Shown: piece after piece, positions 1-9,581 of the stretch | How the letters are laid out: each line of letters begins with the position of its first letter | How positions within the stretch are numbered: the first letter of the stretch is position 1 | Assembly (NCBI GenBank): GCA_964540415.1 | Contig: CAZIMM010000002.1 | Location: forward strand, 2,932-66,931 | Source: an uncultured Eubacteriales bacterium | GTDB lineage: Bacteria; Bacillota; Clostridia; Oscillospirales; Acutalibacteraceae | Reading direction: 5' to 3' | Length of the DNA: 64,000 bases | Made by a program: the position numbers and the translations under genes | The notes under the pieces: generated by a model | What the model was told of the DNA's origin: nothing | Seen by the model: only the letters and a program-made list of their open reading frames with translations | Databases searched by the model: none

Positions 1-22
1 GGATTATCTTGCCTCGGGCGGT

Positions 23-1720
23 GTGCTTTCCATGCCGGAGAAGGCAAGGCTTATCAACAAGCTGTCAAATTTTCTGCTCAACAAAGTTATTTTTAATGCA
101 ATCAGTGCAATGGTGCCCCACGGCTCAAACATCAAAAGAATGAGCAGCTTCAATCTTGACGAATACGCCGGCTTCCTTGAGGGCAACACCGAGTTCCTCT
201 CTCCCGAAGACAGCGGCAACAGAACCTGGAAGCTCGGCTATTCCGAAAAATCCGTTGTGCCCGATGACTTCGGCGAAAAGAAGTATGCCCGCGGCAGCTA
301 CGTTCCGTGGTGGTATGCGACTGAGCTTTATAAAAACGACGACGGCGAGGATGAGGATATGCGCGTGCGCACAGTCATTCTTGACGACGGCAGCGGCAGA
401 GGCAGCGTTGCGTTCTGCGTGATTGACTGCATCGGCCTTGCAAACACCGACGTACGCAAAATCCGCGAATCTGTCAAGTATTTTGCGGAGCAAAACAATA
501 TAATCAGCATCAATGTCGGGACAACCCATACCCACACCGGAATTGATTCGCAGGGTGTCTGGACAGCCCCCCTTTCCGTGATGCTCAACAACTTTATCTC
601 CGCAACAACCGGCCTGACAAAGCTCAAGAGCGGTGTTGACGAAACTTACCTTCAGAAGATAATTGACAGCACAGGTGAATCCATCCGCGACGCTTATGCA
701 AACAAGGCGGAAGGCATGCTGACTTATGCACAGAAAAAAATCACCGGCTATACTCATGACCGTACTCCTCCGTATTCCTTTGATGACACACTCTACCGCC
801 TGACCTTCCGCCCCTTTAACGAGAATATAAAACCGACGGTTATCGCAACCTTCGGCTGCCATCCCGAGTCTGCAAGCTATGATTTCCTCACGACGGACGG
901 CGGTCTGAAAATCGACACCAAGATATCCCCGGATTTTGTTTACTATATGGAAAAGGTAATTAACAGGGCGGGGTATAATTTTATCTACATTCAGGGCAAT
1001 GTCGGCACCGTGACCTCATCGAGAGGTGATTCAAACGACGGACTTCCCGGCCTTTCATCGCACGACGGTGCAATCAGGTTCGGCTATGAAATGGGTTACA
1101 TCACCCTTGCAATGGGAATGGACATCAATGAATGCAGGCAGCTGAACACTGCAACGGGTGACCTGTTGGGGGTTGAAGAATACGCCGGAAACGAAGGCTA
1201 TACAGTCTGGTATGAGGACTGGAATCCGGTTGAGGTTCAGGAAGTTGAGGCAACTCTCAACATCAAAATGAAGCAGATTATGCTCGAAATGGAAAACTCC
1301 GTTGCGCGTATCCTCACAAAAACCGGACTTGCAAACAATCTCGTCATCTTCGACGCAAAAACCGGTAAATATTACGACGCCACCGAAATCGGATATGTTG
1401 AAATCGGCAGTGCACTGAAGATGTTCCTCTGCCCGGGTGAGCTTTTCAGCGAGATGCTTCTCGGAGGAGACTGCCTTGAGGATTTCGCATATCCCGCGCT
1501 GCGTGATCTTTACGGCGACAATCTGATTGTCTGCGACCTTATGAACGATGCCGCAGGCTACATCTCACCCGACAACATTTATACAATCAACGGCGTTCAG
1601 TATGACGAGAAGAACAATACCCTCGAAAGCGACTCATGGTGCATGCTCGTTTCAATGGGCAAGAACACCGCGTCGAGCATCATCGGCAGCTTTATCAAGC
1701 TCGTTGAGTCTGTCCGCTGA
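23..1720 (+). CDS. neutral/alkaline ceramidase-fold hydrolase family protein (true substrate unknown); possibly 5'-truncated by the window edge
   Basis: 565-codon ORF. The frame has no stop between nt 2 and the called GTG at 23, so the gene may start upstream of the window. The block MRVRTVILDDGSG..VAFCVIDCIGL...NVGTTHTHTG and the later FGCHPES resemble the N-terminal domain of non-lysosomal ceramidases (..ATHTHSGPGG..). Confidence 0.55.
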   Translation: MLSMPEKARLINKLSNFLLNKVIFNAISAMVPHGSNIKRMSSFNLDEYAGFLEGNTEFLSPEDSGNRTWKLGYSEKSVVPDDFGEKKYARGSYVPWWYATELYKNDDGEDEDMRVRTVILDDGSGRGSVAFCVIDCIGLANTDVRKIRESVKYFAEQNNIISINVGTTHTHTGIDSQGVWTAPLSVMLNNFISATTGLTKLKSGVDETYLQKIIDSTGESIRDAYANKAEGMLTYAQKKITGYTHDRTPPYSFDDTLYRLTFRPFNENIKPTVIATFGCHPESASYDFLTTDGGLKIDTKISPDFVYYMEKVINRAGYNFIYIQGNVGTVTSSRGDSNDGLPGLSSHDGAIRFGYEMGYITLAMGMDINECRQLNTATGDLLGVEEYAGNEGYTVWYEDWNPVEVQEVEATLNIKMKQIMLEMENSVARILTKTGLANNLVIFDAKTGKYYDATEIGYVEIGSALKMFLCPGELFSEMLLGGDCLEDFAYPALRDLYGDNLIVCDLMNDAAGYISPDNIYTINGVQYDEKNNTLESDSWCMLVSMGKNTASSIIGSFIKLVESVR

Positions 1721-1728
1721 GGCATATG

Positions 1729-1757
1729 TTGACATTTTCTGAATAAATTGTTATAAT
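1729..1757 (+). promoter_or_regulatory. consensus sigma-A type promoter (TTGACA-17 nt-TATAAT)
   Basis: TTGACA at 1729-1734, exact 17-nt spacer, TATAAT at 1752-1757. It lies about 50 nt upstream of the SD AAGGAGAG and the TTG start at 1808. Confidence 0.7.
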
Positions 1758-1807
1758 ATACACAACCCGGACGGTTTCGGGAAAAAAGATGTGAAGGAGA
1801 GATTAAT

Positions 1808-2110
1808 TTGAAACATACCGCGAAGAAAGTCATTTCCGTGTTGTTGGTTATGACGCTTCTCATGGGCAGCTTCGCTGTTATCGGTTTCGCCGAGGACGGA
1901 GCAGGCGCAACCACCGGTATTGACCTTTCGTCAATCATCAGCAGCATCAAAGCTGTTATCGCGCTGCTGGGCTTCTCGCTTGGCGATATGGGTTCTTTTG
2001 CCGACCAGATTTTCAACAGCCTCGGAGGTCTTTCGGCATTCTATGAAAAAATCATCAACAGCCTGGATGCCGCGGGCATAATCGCAGTTTTGCTCAGCCT
2101 GTTCTTCTGA
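1808..2110 (+). CDS. small secreted/membrane-associated hypothetical protein (100 aa)
   Basis: TTG start 6 nt after GAAGGAGAG. N-terminal signal peptide MKHTAKKVISVLLVMTLLMGSFAVIGFA|ED. The mature part is Gly/Ser/Ile/Leu-rich and amphipathic, with a hydrophobic C-terminal tail AAGIIAVLLSLFF. No family recognised. Confidence 0.6.
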   Translation: MKHTAKKVISVLLVMTLLMGSFAVIGFAEDGAGATTGIDLSSIISSIKAVIALLGFSLGDMGSFADQIFNSLGGLSAFYEKIINSLDAAGIIAVLLSLFF

Positions 2111-2181
2111 GTCGTAAAACGTCTCGGAAAGAGGGCGCGATGAGGCCTCAGAAGCCGCATCAAATGCAATCAACATGAAAA

Positions 2182-2219
2182 ACACCTGCCGGAGAAACCT
2201 TCTTCGGCAGGTGTTTTTG
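2182..2219. terminator. bidirectional intrinsic terminator between convergent genes
   Basis: Perfect 10-bp stem ACACCTGCCG...CGGCAGGTGT (2182-2191 / 2205-2214), with an A-run upstream and a T-run downstream. Confidence 0.8.
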
Positions 2220-2230
2220 TTTGTGTCTTT

Positions 2231-2971
2231 TTAACGATAAACTCGCACGGAAACGCGGAGCTTTCCTTTTTTTGTCTGCCCCTCAACGCCTTCGAAAACG
2301 AACCTGCCCATGCTTCGCACGGACACAATGTCTCCGTTTTCAATTTCGGAGGAGGGCTTTTCGGCAAGTCGGCCGTTGATAAAAACCCGCTTTTGAGCAA
2401 ACAGCTCAAGCGAAGTGTTGCGCGAGAGCGAAAAGGCGGCGCACACAAGCACGTCCGTCCGCAAAGACGCAACGGTGAGGGAGAGCGGCTCCGTGGCTTT
2501 TTCGGCAACAGCCGGAGCGCTGCCGCACAAGGTGCATGAAACGGGAACGCTGCCCGCCTGACAGAGCTGCTCAACAATGAACCCGGCAACCGTTTTCAGA
2601 CAAAAAAGATATGCCGTGCCGCCGTCCCCGGTCACAATGTCGCCGAGCGTTTCACGGCGCAGACCCATTCCCATGAGAGCACCGAGAAAATCTCTGTGTG
2701 TAAGCTCGCGTGAAAACTTTGCACCGCGCGGAGCGATTTTGACCCAGACAGCGGCGCTCTGCTCGGACGTTTCGCCGAAACAGGCAATTTTTCGCTCCGC
2801 AGTCTCATAGCCGCCCGAAAGCGTAAATTCACACGGCAGACGAAGTGTGAGCACAACATCCTGCTGTGCAAGGGTCAGAAATTCGGAAAACACCTGTCCG
2901 CCGCTCAGCGCTCTTTGCGCAAGTTCGGTGAACCTGTTTTTCAGCAGTTTGTCATCGTCGGGCATAAACAA
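2231..2971 (-). CDS. ylmH: YlmH-like RNA-binding S4-domain protein
   Basis: 246 aa. It aligns by eye to B. subtilis YlmH (..SGGYETAERK.., HRDFLGALMGMGLRRETLGDIV, C-terminal S4 domain SLRTDVLV..NGRL..GDIVSVRSMGRF). Confidence 0.8.
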   Translation of the reverse strand: MFMPDDDKLLKNRFTELAQRALSGGQVFSEFLTLAQQDVVLTLRLPCEFTLSGGYETAERKIACFGETSEQSAAVWVKIAPRGAKFSRELTHRDFLGALMGMGLRRETLGDIVTGDGGTAYLFCLKTVAGFIVEQLCQAGSVPVSCTLCGSAPAVAEKATEPLSLTVASLRTDVLVCAAFSLSRNTSLELFAQKRVFINGRLAEKPSSEIENGDIVSVRSMGRFVFEGVEGQTKKGKLRVSVRVYR

Positions 2972-2982
2972 AATCTCCTGTA

Positions 2983-5900
2983 TCAGGGCAGCAGCTTGAA
3001 GGTCTTGACCTCATGCGGCTTGACGGAAAACGTGAAGGACCTGCCGTCGGTTGCGATTTTGCGCTCCTCAACCTCCATGAGATTTGTTTCAACAACACCG
3101 GAGAACGGCAAATCAATTGTTGCCGTAACCTCCGTGTGCCTGGTTTCGGTTTCATAAACGCGGAAAATTGTTCCGCTTCCGTCGCGCGCGAGCATAAGGG
3201 CATCAATTGCAATGTTGTCAGCGCTCAGCGTGATGAAGGAACGCCCCCTGTCTTCTCCGTCTGCATTCTTTTCAATGAAGAAAGCGCGAAGCGGCACGTT
3301 TTCACAGAAGCCGAGCTTGACGGTTTGCGCGTCGCGCCAGTTCCCGGAGTGGGGATAGAATGAATATCTGAACGTGCTCACCCCGACGTCTCCGACAGGG
3401 TCGGGACAGTTGGGAGCGCGCATGAGCGTGATGCGAATCACGTTTTCATGAACATCGTAGCCGTACTTGCAATCGTTCAGAACGCTCGCACCGTAGCCGC
3501 CCTCGGAAAGGTCCGCCCATTTGTGGGCGCAGAACTCAAATTTTGCAAGGTCATAGCGTGTGTTGTAATGCGTGGGATATTCAGCCGAGCCGTGCGCGAT
3601 TTCGCAGGAGGCGCTGCGGCTTCTGATGTCCACGGGGAACGCCGCCTTGAGAACCTTTTCGCGCTCGTGCCAGTCAACCGTTGTTTCAAAATCCAGCGTG
3701 GGCTTGCCCGCTTCAAGAATGATGTCCTGAGTGATGACGGACTCGTTGAACCGTCTGACAACGCGGACAACACCGCGCAGCGGGGAAGATTCAACAACCT
3801 CAATGCTCTCGGCGCTTTCAAGCTGCCACATCTTTTTCTGATAATCCAGCTCCAAGTTCCACGCGCTTTCGTGGATGGGCTTGTCGTGAGAAACTGTGAG
3901 CAGATTGCCCTTGCCGGTGAGAATGCTGCGGCGGGCTTTTTTGTCGTAAACGCTGTCAATGAGCGCGTTGCCGTCCAGCTCCACACGGAGATATTCGTTT
4001 TCAAGCAGATTTTTTGTCGCCGTGACGCAGCCGAAGTCTTTCTCCGTACCGGTCAGAGTGAAAACACTGTAGCCCATGGGTCTTACGTTTTCAGCGCGGA
4101 ATGCGAGAATGTTTTTGCCGTTTTCTTCCCTTGCGCGGCAGGGCAGGAGATTTCCGCTTTCGTCGGAAACACCCGAAGCAGAGCAGGGGATTTCAACCTC
4201 GACGATTCCGTCAGCGCTCCACGGTAGCAGGTTCCAAACGGCAATGCTGTTTTCGCTCACATTGATTTTTGCGTTGAGCCGCTTGAAAGCGCTGTCCGTC
4301 ACGCTGTTCCCGAGTGCGTGCATACGCTTGTATTCTTCACGGCAGTTTTCAAAAACCTCGTGGATGGATGTGCCGGGCAGAATGTCGTGGAACTGGTTTG
4401 TCAGCAGCAGCTTCCACGCTTCGTCAAGCGTTTCGGAGGGGTAATCGCCGCCTGCGAGGACGCTGAGAATTTCCGCGTTCCTCATCAGGTATTCGCCGCG
4501 GCGGTTGTTCTTTTTGACAAACGCCTGGCTGGTGAAGGTGCCGCGATGGTTTTCGTAATACATTTCGCCGTCCCACACGGGCAGACGGTCTGCGTCCTTT
4601 TCAACGGCCGAGAAAAAGTCCGACACCTTGCCGCATTCGGATTTCGGAAGCCCCGGAAGCTTTGCAGCCCTTGTGCCTTTTTCAAGCATTTTGTATGTGC
4701 AGCCGCCTCCGCCGTCGCCGTAGCCGAACATTCCGAAGGAAACATCGGTGATGTCATTTTGTCTGTTTGATTTGCGGCAGTTTTTGATATATGCCGCGTC
4801 ATAGTCGCCCTGGTAATGCACCTTTTGCATGTAGGCTATCACATCGTCCCCGCTGTGTGAGCGCCACTTGAAAACGCTCAGCGGGAACTCACTCATGTCA
4901 TTATATTGAAGCTTTGAGGTGAGAAAATATTTCATGCCGGAGCGTTTGATAATCTGCGGCAGTGCCCAGGTGAAGCCGAAGCAGTCGGGCAGCCAGTATG
5001 TATCGGACGAGACGCCGAACTCCCTGAGAAAAAATTCACGACCGAACAGCAGCTGGCGGATAAGCGACTCGCCGCTTGCAATGTTGGTGTCCGCCTCAAC
5101 CCATGCGTTGCCGACAATTTCCCACTGACCGTTTTTGACCTTTTCCTTCACTCGTTCATACAGCTCGGGATAATACTTCTTCACAAAATCGAAAAGCACC
5201 GCCTGGCTCTGCGTGAATCTGAAATCGGGATAATTGTCCATGAGTGCGAGATTGTTTGCAAAGGTTCTGGCGGTTTTCCGCGTGATTTCCTTCACCGTCC
5301 ACAGCCATGCGACATCCAGATGACTGTGACCTGCCATGATGACCCTGCCCGGGCTTGCGTATTCGATTTTCCCCGCCATGTCCCAAAGCTTTTTTGCGGC
5401 GGAGGGTACGCTGCAAAGAAAACGCTCCTGCCCGAAATCGAAGTCCAGCATATGCGCCGAATCGTCGATGGCGGCATAAAGACGGCTTTTGACATATTCA
5501 TCCTCCGTGCACTCATAAACATCAAATGCGGTTGTGATGTCAAACCAGTAGCTTTCGCAAGCCTCGTCAACGGCAATCAGCTCAGCCGTGCTCATGGTGT
5601 AGGTCATGAATTTTGAGCCTTTTATTGCTCTGTCACAGAAGCCGCCGCAGTCAACAGCGGACTCAAGCTGAATGTTGAGAGCCTCCCCGCCGCGCGCGGG
5701 CGAAGCAAAAAGAATGTCTGTGCGGCCCACCCATCCTGAGTTTTCGCGTGAGCTGACAGCACCGGCAATTTCTCCGTTGATGCGCACAATTGCCTCACCG
5801 CCGAAATCAACGCGGAGATAAATCTTTTTGCCGTCCATGCCGGCAGGCACAGTGACGCTTGCTTCAAAAAATCTTGTGAAATCATAGCCTGCGTTCCAGC

Positions 5901-6072
5901 GGTCGCCGAGATGCATAACCGTCGGCTCAGCACCGTCGGGAACAATGTTCCCCGCCGTCTCGTGCACACCGCTGTGGCTCTTCCACTCGTCAATAACCAG
6001 ACGCTGTGTAACAATATACGGCTCGATTTGCTTGATGAGATTTTTGAGCACATTTGCCTTGAGTGTCTGCAT
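2983..6072 (-). CDS. GH38 alpha-mannosidase (cytoplasmic type)
   Basis: 1029 aa. GH38 signature AGHSHLDVAWLW, the typical size, and no signal peptide. Confidence 0.85.
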   Translation of the reverse strand: MQTLKANVLKNLIKQIEPYIVTQRLVIDEWKSHSGVHETAGNIVPDGAEPTVMHLGDRWNAGYDFTRFFEASVTVPAGMDGKKIYLRVDFGGEAIVRINGEIAGAVSSRENSGWVGRTDILFASPARGGEALNIQLESAVDCGGFCDRAIKGSKFMTYTMSTAELIAVDEACESYWFDITTAFDVYECTEDEYVKSRLYAAIDDSAHMLDFDFGQERFLCSVPSAAKKLWDMAGKIEYASPGRVIMAGHSHLDVAWLWTVKEITRKTARTFANNLALMDNYPDFRFTQSQAVLFDFVKKYYPELYERVKEKVKNGQWEIVGNAWVEADTNIASGESLIRQLLFGREFFLREFGVSSDTYWLPDCFGFTWALPQIIKRSGMKYFLTSKLQYNDMSEFPLSVFKWRSHSGDDVIAYMQKVHYQGDYDAAYIKNCRKSNRQNDITDVSFGMFGYGDGGGGCTYKMLEKGTRAAKLPGLPKSECGKVSDFFSAVEKDADRLPVWDGEMYYENHRGTFTSQAFVKKNNRRGEYLMRNAEILSVLAGGDYPSETLDEAWKLLLTNQFHDILPGTSIHEVFENCREEYKRMHALGNSVTDSAFKRLNAKINVSENSIAVWNLLPWSADGIVEVEIPCSASGVSDESGNLLPCRAREENGKNILAFRAENVRPMGYSVFTLTGTEKDFGCVTATKNLLENEYLRVELDGNALIDSVYDKKARRSILTGKGNLLTVSHDKPIHESAWNLELDYQKKMWQLESAESIEVVESSPLRGVVRVVRRFNESVITQDIILEAGKPTLDFETTVDWHEREKVLKAAFPVDIRSRSASCEIAHGSAEYPTHYNTRYDLAKFEFCAHKWADLSEGGYGASVLNDCKYGYDVHENVIRITLMRAPNCPDPVGDVGVSTFRYSFYPHSGNWRDAQTVKLGFCENVPLRAFFIEKNADGEDRGRSFITLSADNIAIDALMLARDGSGTIFRVYETETRHTEVTATIDLPFSGVVETNLMEVEERKIATDGRSFTFSVKPHEVKTFKLLP

Positions 6073-6441
6073 AAAAACATCCTCCGTCCGTGTGCAGGCA
6101 ATCGGAAAATGCTTCCTGACAGCCTGCTTTTGTGTAATATATTAGCATATAACATTTTCGAAAGCAAGAAGAAATGATGTTGATCAGTGACATAACGGAC
6201 AATATCATTTTTTATTGCAATACATTATTTTGATATAAAATATGGTATTTATATGTTTTTCATGAAAAAGCGTCAAAATTCTGAAATAAAACAAAGATTT
6301 GTGAAAAATCTTGTATAATAAATGTGACTGAATTGTTAATGCGTATTTGAAAAATACTTTTTAAATTCTGTCGGCGTTCCGGCGCGCCGGCATAAATATA
6401 GAATGTAAGTATCCCGGAAGCAAAAAAGGAAGGCTGCGTTA

Positions 6442-8079
6442 ATGAAATCGAAAAAGAATAAGGATTTTCTCTATGATGATGTGCCGCAGGTTGACAACAT
6501 AAAAGACCTTGTCATCCACGGCGTAAAGTTGGGGCAGGATAAAAAATTCGTAATTTATCATCACGGAAACGAGGAGAGGACAAGAACCTTCAACGATGTG
6601 TGGCACGATATGAACGCGGTGGGCACTTTCCTTTATCAGGAAGGTCTGCACAACGCTCATATTGCAATGCTCGGTGAAAACTCCTATGAGTGGATTGCCG
6701 CGTTCTTCTCCGTGATTGTCGGGAAAAATGTGTTTGTTCCGCTTGACCCGAAGCTGACTAAAGAGGATTTGGCAGAGCAGCTCATCAAAAGCGACTGTGA
6801 TGCGCTGTTCTGTTCCGATGAATTCTCCGACAAGGTGGAGTATTTTAAAGACCTGCCGGAAATGACGGTTAAAAAATATTATCCGCTGGACAGTTTCCCG
6901 GAATATGTTGAAAAGGGTGATGCAGCAATCGCTGCAGGCAACCGTGAATTCCTTGACTGCAAAATCAGTCCGTCCGACCTTGCGTGCATTGTTTTCACCT
7001 CGGGGACAACGGGCAAAAGCAAGGGCGTTATGCTTTCTCACGGCAACCTTGCGGCGGATGTTGTTGCGTCCTGCCAGGTTATGCACGGCAGAAATACTGT
7101 CGGCTTTCTTCCGCTCAACCACACATATTCCTGGGTCTCAACAATTTTTTCGGCTTTCATCTGCATTGAATACGGTTATATCTGCAAGAATATAAATAAC
7201 CTGACAAACGATTTCAAAAATTATCATCCGCAGAATTTCTGCGGCGTGCCGCTTGTGGTTGAAGTAATATACAAAAGAATCTGGAAAACGGCTAAGCTGT
7301 CCGGCCGCGAGGAGATACTTAAAAAGGGCATAAAAATCAGCAGATTCCTGCTGAAGCTCGGCATCGACAAACGCAGAAAAATATTTTCGCAAATCCATGA
7401 GCAGCTCGGCGGCAATCTCGAGCTGATTGTTTGCGGCGGCGCAGCGCTTGACCTTGAATATGAGCAGGGGCTTTATGACATCGGAATCCAGGTGCTCAGC
7501 GGCTACGGTGTGACGGAGTGCTCACCCGCCGTGACAACAAACAGGATTCACAATTCAAAGCCCGGCAGTGTCGGCCTGCCTCTGCCCTGCAATGAAATCA
7601 AAATCCACGAGCCGGATTCAAACGGTGTGGGCGAGATTTACGTGCGCGGCAGGAATGTCATGCTCGGATACTATAAGGACCCGGAAGCAACGGCTGACGC
7701 GTTTGACGGTGAGTGGTTCAAAACCGGAGACTTCGGAAGAATTGATGAGGACGGCTTTCTGTTTTTCACCGGACGCAAGAAAAATCTGATCGTGCTCAAA
7801 AACGGAAAAAATGTCTCTCCGGAGGAAATCGAAGATAAGCTCATGCAGAGCTATCATTATATTAAGGAAGTTCTTGTTTACGAAAAAAACAACAGAATCG
7901 TTGCCGAATTGTTCCTTGACGAGGCCGAGTATCCTGACGCGCGCAGCAGAATTTCCGCTGATATCGGTGCGCTCAACCGCACTCTTCCGGAGTTCAAGCG
8001 AATCGGCAAGCACATCATTCGTGATGAGGAGTTCCCGAAAACAACAACTCTCAAGATAGTCAGGCAATACAGCAGCTGA
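6442..8079 (+). CDS. AMP-dependent synthetase/ligase, long-chain acyl-CoA ligase-like
   Basis: 545 aa. AMP-binding motif IVFTSGTTGKSKGVMLSH and the later GYGVTE / GEI..RG..VM.GY / TGD motifs. Confidence 0.8.
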   Translation: MKSKKNKDFLYDDVPQVDNIKDLVIHGVKLGQDKKFVIYHHGNEERTRTFNDVWHDMNAVGTFLYQEGLHNAHIAMLGENSYEWIAAFFSVIVGKNVFVPLDPKLTKEDLAEQLIKSDCDALFCSDEFSDKVEYFKDLPEMTVKKYYPLDSFPEYVEKGDAAIAAGNREFLDCKISPSDLACIVFTSGTTGKSKGVMLSHGNLAADVVASCQVMHGRNTVGFLPLNHTYSWVSTIFSAFICIEYGYICKNINNLTNDFKNYHPQNFCGVPLVVEVIYKRIWKTAKLSGREEILKKGIKISRFLLKLGIDKRRKIFSQIHEQLGGNLELIVCGGAALDLEYEQGLYDIGIQVLSGYGVTECSPAVTTNRIHNSKPGSVGLPLPCNEIKIHEPDSNGVGEIYVRGRNVMLGYYKDPEATADAFDGEWFKTGDFGRIDEDGFLFFTGRKKNLIVLKNGKNVSPEEIEDKLMQSYHYIKEVLVYEKNNRIVAELFLDEAEYPDARSRISADIGALNRTLPEFKRIGKHIIRDEEFPKTTTLKIVRQYSS

Positions 8080-8129
8080 ACGTGTCCGGCATCTCATAAT
8101 CATGCAAAATAGGAAAGACGGGACGTAAA

Positions 8130-8618
8130 ATGAAGGATTTGGCTCTGAGCTTTGTCTATGCTTTCAGGGGCATAGTTTACTGTCTCCACCATGAGCGCAA
8201 TATGAGAATTCATGTCACCTGCCTTGCATATATGTTCAGTTATCTGACGATATATGATTTCTTTCAGATTACCGCAACGCAGTATGCCGTTCTTTGCATT
8301 GCAAGTGCGGGAGTTATTGCAAGCGAGCTGTTGAACACTGCAATCGAAAGAGCGGTTGACTTTGCAACAAAGGAACGCTGCGAGCTGGCGCGCATTGCAA
8401 AGGACTGCGCTGCCGGGGGAGTGCTCGTTTTCACCATTTTTGCGGTCGGAGCGGGAATTGCAATTATGTGGCAGCCGAAGGCATTTGCAGAAATGGCGCG
8501 GTATTATTCCGACAATCCCGTGATGATAGCCGTTCTTCTTGCAAGCTTTGCGGTGAGTCTCATTTATATTTTTGTCGGACCTCTCGGAATTGCCGGACAG
8601 AAAAACGGCAGAAAATAA
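8130..8618 (+). CDS. dgkA: diacylglycerol/undecaprenol kinase (DgkA family)
   Basis: 162 aa with three predicted TM segments. The N-terminal FRGIVYCLHHERNMRIH matches the DgkA family. It sits immediately upstream of era, as in many Firmicutes. Confidence 0.8.
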   Translation: MKDLALSFVYAFRGIVYCLHHERNMRIHVTCLAYMFSYLTIYDFFQITATQYAVLCIASAGVIASELLNTAIERAVDFATKERCELARIAKDCAAGGVLVFTIFAVGAGIAIMWQPKAFAEMARYYSDNPVMIAVLLASFAVSLIYIFVGPLGIAGQKNGRK

Positions 8619-8639
8619 CAATAAGCCGGAGAATTTAAT

Positions 8640-9533
8640 ATGAAAAAAACAGCTTTTATTGCAATTGTCGGCTGCCCCAACGTCGGCAAATCGTCAATTC
8701 TCAATTGTCTGCTCGGGCAGAAGGTGGCAATTGTTTCCGACAAGCCGCAGACAACCCGAACCAGAATAACCGGAGTGCTCACCAAGGATGAGGTGCAGTT
8801 CGTTTTCACCGACACTCCCGGCTTTCACCGTCCGAAAACAAAGCTCGGGGAGAACATGGTTCGCTCGGTGGGCGAGAGCATTTCCGGAGTTGACGCATGC
8901 CTTTTTGTTGTTGAACCCTGCGGAGAGCTGAGACCGGCTGAGCAGGAGCTGCTTGAAAAATTCCGTGAACAAAAAATGCCCGTTGTTCTTGCGATAAACA
9001 AGGTTGACACGCTCAAGGACAAAACCGAGCTGATGCAAAGAATCGCAAGGCTTTCAAAATTGTATGACTTTGAGTCGGTGGTGCCGGTGTCGGCAATCAG
9101 CGGCGTGAATATGGACGAGCTGCTCGGCGAGCTTGAAAAGCTCAGCGTTGAATCCGAACACTTTTTCCCTGATGACACGCTGACAGACCAGCCGGAAAGA
9201 GTTCTCATCGCGGAGATAATCCGCGAGAAGCTGCTGCGCTCGCTGGACAAGGAGATTCCGCACGGCATCGCAGTATGCGTTGAAAAAATGAAAGAACGCG
9301 ACAACGGACTTTTTGACATTGAGGCGACGATTTACTGCGAAAAGGAGAGCCACAAGGGCATTGTCATCGGCAAGGGCGGAGAAATGCTCAAAAAAATTTC
9401 CACCTCGGCGCGTTATGACATTGAACATCTGCTTGACAGCAAGGTCAACCTGCGCTGCTGGGTGAAGGTCAAAGAGGATTGGCGCAACCGCGAGGGACTG
9501 ATCAGAAATTTCGGTCTCGACAGCAAACAATAA
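8640..9533 (+). CDS. era: GTPase Era
   Basis: 297 aa. G1 motif GCPNVGKSS, DTPG, NKVD, and a C-terminal KH domain (..GKGG.MLK.I..). Confidence 0.95.
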   Translation: MKKTAFIAIVGCPNVGKSSILNCLLGQKVAIVSDKPQTTRTRITGVLTKDEVQFVFTDTPGFHRPKTKLGENMVRSVGESISGVDACLFVVEPCGELRPAEQELLEKFREQKMPVVLAINKVDTLKDKTELMQRIARLSKLYDFESVVPVSAISGVNMDELLGELEKLSVESEHFFPDDTLTDQPERVLIAEIIREKLLRSLDKEIPHGIAVCVEKMKERDNGLFDIEATIYCEKESHKGIVIGKGGEMLKKISTSARYDIEHLLDSKVNLRCWVKVKEDWRNREGLIRNFGLDSKQ

Positions 9534-9581
9534 AAAATTTACCTGCGATATTTCCGCTTCGCAGCGCGAAAATAATAATGA

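Noticed and set aside
125-4227. Long antisense ORFs inside the ceramidase-like and GH38 genes (125..862 -, 3448..4227 +, 3477..4004 -).
   Set aside because: They lie opposite strongly supported genes and have no signals or motifs. This is a usual artefact of GC-rich third positions.
6262-6318. An 18-codon ORF (MKKRQNSEIKQRFVKNLV) in the 370-nt AT-rich spacer between the mannosidase and acyl-CoA ligase genes.
   Set aside because: It has no SD and is too short to evaluate. The spacer is better explained as a divergent promoter region (for example the extended -10 TGTATAAT at about 6312).
6379-6390. A perfect GC-only 12-bp palindrome, CCGGCGCGCCGG, embedded in AT-rich DNA about 50 nt upstream of the acyl-CoA ligase start.
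   Set aside because: It could be an operator for a dimeric regulator. However, it is a single short site with no repeat elsewhere in the window and no adjacent regulator gene, so the evidence is insufficient.
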